Shown here: positions 59,505 through 64,000 of the stretch, one piece after another
How the letters are laid out: the number at the start of each line of letters is the position of its first letter
Numbering within the stretch: position 1 is the stretch's first letter
Assembly: GCA_012295275.1 (NCBI GenBank)
Contig: CM022671.1
Coordinates: forward strand, 17,608,001 to 17,672,000
DNA: 64,000 nt
From: Chrysomallon squamiferum
Taxonomy: Eukaryota > Animalia > Mollusca
Direction of reading: 5' to 3'
Notes under the pieces: model-generated
Told to the model about the DNA's origin: nothing
Seen by the model: the letters and a program-made list of their open reading frames with translations, nothing else
The model's database searches: none
Made by a program: the position numbers and the translations under genes

Positions 59505-59726
59505 TTTATTTATATAACGGTTTAATTTCATACATTCGATTTGAATTTTTTATTTCTTTTTATTTTTTTTTTTTTTTTTTCTTGTTCGTTTATTTATTTA
59601 TTTATTTGTTTTTAATAATAATATATAAATTTTACAAACATTGGTTATTTCACTGTTTCTTTTTTATTATTTTTTTTTTCTTTATTTTTTATTTTTTTAA
59701 TTTTTTATTTTTTTAATTTTTTTTTT

Positions 59727-59758
<32 letters not shown>

Positions 59759-59862
59759 TCTGTTTTGTAACATTATTTTAATTTATATTTTTTTATTTAA
59801 CAAAACTTTTATTTTAATCACGTATTTTTATAATTTCATCGTTTCGTTTATTTTATAATTCA

Positions 59863-59902
<40 letters not shown>

Positions 59903-61388
59903 AACAAAAGAATACATATATTTCTTCTGTTATTATTATTATTTGATTATTTCTCATAATTTTATTATTATCGCACTATTTATACATCTAATTTAATTAG
60001 AAAATAATTTATTTTTTGAGTTTAAGAGACAAAAATTCAAACAAAAGTATATTTTATAATCTGATTAAATTCAAACAGTTATTTTAAATTCCATTTTCTT
60101 TTTCTCGATTTTATATTTTAAGGAAAAAATAAATTGATTTTTTTTTTTTTTTTTTTTTTATCTTTTGTAAAAGATAGTAAGTAGCGAATCAAATGCATCT
60201 CCTTTTAAACTTTCATTCTTTTGTTTTTGTTTGTTTGTTGTTTTGTTTTTTTTTGTTTGTTATTTTTTGCTGTTGTTAATTGTCTGGGTCTTTTGATGTG
60301 TTTTTTTTTGTTGTTTTGTTGGGGTTGTATAGTTATTGATGTTTGTTGGTTGGTTTCTCTGTTGGATGATTTCGTTTTGTTGTTGCTGTTTTTTAGTTAG
60401 TTTTTTTTTTTTAATTTTTTAATTAATTGGGAATAAATTATTTTATGAGCTATCTACAGATGTGGTCATGGTTTTTTGTTTTTTTCCTGCTCAAAGACTC
60501 GTACATTTTTCAAACGGAGTGATGAAAATAGCTGACAGAATCAACCAATGAAAAGACGATATAAGATATTTATAACAGAAAATAGAAATGATATATTGGG
60601 TCAAAATTTTATTTTATTTCTTTTTATTTTAGTTTTTTTTTTTTTTAATTTGTCATTAACGCAATAAAAAGAAGTAATGTATTTTAAGTAACTTCGAATT
60701 TATTTCTGTCTAATGATTATAAAAATAAAAAAGGTAAACTGAAAACATACGTCAAACCGTCATTACATTTATTTGCGTGGGAAGCTTTCAGAAAAAAACA
60801 AATAAAATTTACAGCAACCCTTTGTATTGCATTGATTATTCGTTATTAATCATGTTAATGATAATTTTTCGTTTAATTATCTTACAGAATTTATATATCT
60901 TAACAAGTACGTTCGTTGTTAAAGCAGTGTCAAGAATGCTCAAACCAAATGTGTTAATTTAAATAATTACAGAAATTAGAAAATACAATTGATCTTATAC
61001 CAGTATTAAAGAAGCTTTTAAACCTGGCATGTCGAAACTGTTTAATCTTTCCAATATTGGCGTGTATTTTGGTTATAGATAAGCGGCCTGCTATTCTGAT
61101 GTATTTATAAAACCTGAATTGCGAGAAATACATAAATTCGTACATTTCACCATTGATATGTCGCACATTTTTCTAAAAACATCGGCCAAGGTATGCACTT
61201 ATTATCGTGTCATTCAGAAAGCCCAAAGAAAGACTAATGCTTTGACTGGTTGCTGTTTTGTCAGGTGAAGCCAATCAACCAATAGTAATGCAGCATACTT
61301 TCAGCGGCTGAAATTCACAGCTATATGTCACAGCGTCAATTCTGGAAAGAGCAGGATTTTTTTTTTTTTTTACGAATTCTTTTTTTTT

Positions 61389-61421
<33 letters not shown>

Positions 61422-61631
61422 GATTTGCCCGTCACTTAAAAACCAGAGGCATATCACTGCTGACCCACGTGTCATATGTTCGCTTGTCACTGCCAGTATA
61501 TGCCCACGTAACCTAATCCATAACAATTCTTGTAATTCAGCTAAAGTATTTGGTTGCACTTTTAGATAAATAAATAAATAAATGTTTGATGATGATGATG
61601 ATGATGATGATTATAATAATAATAATAATAA

Positions 61632-61680
<49 letters not shown>

Positions 61681-61910
61681 TATAGCTTGAAAATAATTAT
61701 GGTTAACTTGTTATATATTAGCTACAATTAGATTGATTAATTATGTTTAGCTAGTTGTTAATGTACTAAACCAGTTTCAACGAATAGTCAAAAGTTACAA
61801 GTTATTCAAGCATTTAATGAAATATCCTTACGATTTTTGCCTTCATAAACAGAGAAATGCTACGATATTTCCACCTTCAGCGTAAATCCATTGCTCAGCA
61901 GTGTACTAAC

Positions 61911-62380
61911 ATAATCTAACACATTACAGCTTCAGTAATAGCTGGCGTAATGTTATCATGAAGAATATATAGAATGAAATATACTTAAATAAATAACGTT
62001 ATATAACTAGGAACAAAGTTAATCCATGGAGTAACAACAAAAAATAATAATAATAATCTAACATATTACTGCTTCCACTAATAGCTTTGATTTAATGTTG
62101 ACATGCCACTAGTACAAAAGTCAAATATATTTAAATAAGTAACGTTAATAACAAGACAAAAAGTTAATCCTTGGAGTTATAAAATTACTTGGGAAAAAAA
62201 TAGCATACAAGACCATGATCTAACATATTACTGCTTCCAACAAAAGCTTTGCTATAATGTTGACACGAAGCACATAATATTATGCAGAAGTCAAATAGGT
62301 TTAATAAATAACGTTATTCTAATAAGAGAAAAAAGTTAATCCTTCAAAGTAGCACAAATACTTGAAAACACAACATAGCT
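61911..62380. repeat. Three diverged tandem copies of a ~140-165 bp unit
   Basis: atctaacatattactgcttcca...taatgttgaca...aagtcaaata...aaataacgtta...aaagttaatcc starts near 61911, 62053 and 62216. Confidence 0.85.
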
Positions 62381-64000
62381 TGAAGATAGAAAATAAATAA
62401 TAAACCTTTTTAATGCATTTCTATTTTCGTCATCGTTTTCTTGTTAAAGCAGAGGATTTGAGTTCCCGTATTAACATAATATAAAACAAATATTATTAAA
62501 GATGAAGACTAATGTGGCGAAACTAATGGTATTTAGTTGAAGGTATTCATAATGGATACAAAGCATTACCTTAATATCCTTTTAAGCTACACCATATGGT
62601 GAATTCTGACATTATGATAATATTATGTTTCGTGTTTTATTTTCATCTCTAACAGTATTTAATTTGCATGTCTAGGTTAGATGTAAAAACAAATCTCAAC
62701 GTATTAAATGAAAGTCCAAATGTGGAACCGCGAATTACATCATTATCATCAAAATGTCTAAAACAAATTATGATGGTTTCAACGCCAAATCATTTGATTT
62801 AAAGTAATAATGATAATAAAGAACCAAAAACTAAAGTTTTTTGAGTTTGTTTATCTTTTCATTCAACGGGATTTTTTTTTTTTTTTTTTTTTTTTTTGGC
62901 AAGAATAGGCTGCTAAGTAAATCTTGTCATTTTTCTTCCATCGATTAACTAAAACCTTGACGTAAACTTTGGCAAACAGTCTGATAATGGTTCGATCCAC
63001 ATAACCAGAACAAACACAAGTAATGTGAAAGCTGTTACTGTTGTCTTAACAGTAAATCAATGCAGTGATAAAGTGCGCGCCCGTATAAATCTTCCGCATG
63101 TGTGTTACAGTTTGCACTAAATCTGATACAGAGCTTTCTACACACTGCACAGAAAAGATAAGAACTTTTCTTTGGGATTTCCAGCCGTCACCCACACAAG
63201 AAAAATGACTGCGAGTGTTTGCCGTATAAACGATTTGACGGCCAGAACAAAATTTTTCATTACTATTATCGTCTGACTGTGTTAGAGCAGTTTCCTTCAG
63301 AGTCAACAAATTCATAGCTGGGACAGATCGTCGTCTTGCCAAGAGCAGACACTTATTAAATGTTTTCCCAAGACTTCATTAATGCCTCGTTCTGACAGGA
63401 TGTGAAATGAATAGTCAATGCTGATTAATTCGTCTGTGTATCTGTAACAATCAAACCGAGAAAGGTGCTCAGAACAAAGATATCCAATAACTGTAAAGTT
63501 ATATTACTTAGCATACGCACTGACACCTACACGCGTATATACAGACATACATAGACCCTGCATACACACATCAACATACGAAGGCGCTGGCCAGACACAT
63601 ATAGACATACTAAATGCAAAAATTATATACCCACAAGTGGCTAATCACATAGACTCGCACACAGACAGATCTTTCTAAATGGTTCAAGACGATGTGGTGG
63701 TTATTAATATAAATCCAAACAAAACGGTGGCTGCAGCAGAAAGAACAACTACGTAAAAATGTCAGTAGACCTGTCAGAAAGCGTGCCCGTCGCAGACGTG
63801 CTTCACAACAGCTTGCTCTGATTAGCACGTTAATTTTTTTCCTATTCCTATTCCTAGTAGCAGCATCAACAACAACAACAAAACTAAGAAGAAGAATGTT
63901 GTATTTATTAAACTGGAGAAATAAAATTGAAAAAAAATAATTATGGCAAAAACTAATCTCCGATAAATTTATTTTTCTATAAACCAACAATTCGTTTACT

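Overview
Eukaryotic (metazoan) genomic DNA: very AT-rich and saturated with microsatellites, probably lophotrochozoan/molluscan (inference only). One real protein-coding feature is present: the large first coding exon of a Shal/Kv4 (KCND-family) A-type voltage-gated K+ channel on the minus strand (ATG at 10725). It encodes the N-terminus, T1, S1-S5 and the pore helix, and ends at a phase-2 GT donor inside the selectivity-filter Gly (exon end 9620). No further Shal exon is recognisable in 1-9.6 kb. About 53 kb upstream (10.8-64 kb) has no recognisable gene and consists of CpG-containing islands with candidate CRE, X-box, YY1, NRF1 and CTCF-like motifs, separated by simple repeats, degenerate minisatellites and SINE-like relics. 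The most striking unexplained structure is a ~0.6-kb composite repeat (72-bp core array + unique segment + (TAAA)n + (GA)n). It occurs as a head-to-tail dimer at 6.4-7.8 kb and as a monomer at 14.9-15.5 kb. The monomer's terminal 15/17-bp direct repeat reappears exactly at the dimer junction, as expected from a circular or unequal-recombination intermediate. Nearly all other ORFs in the track are translations of microsatellites.
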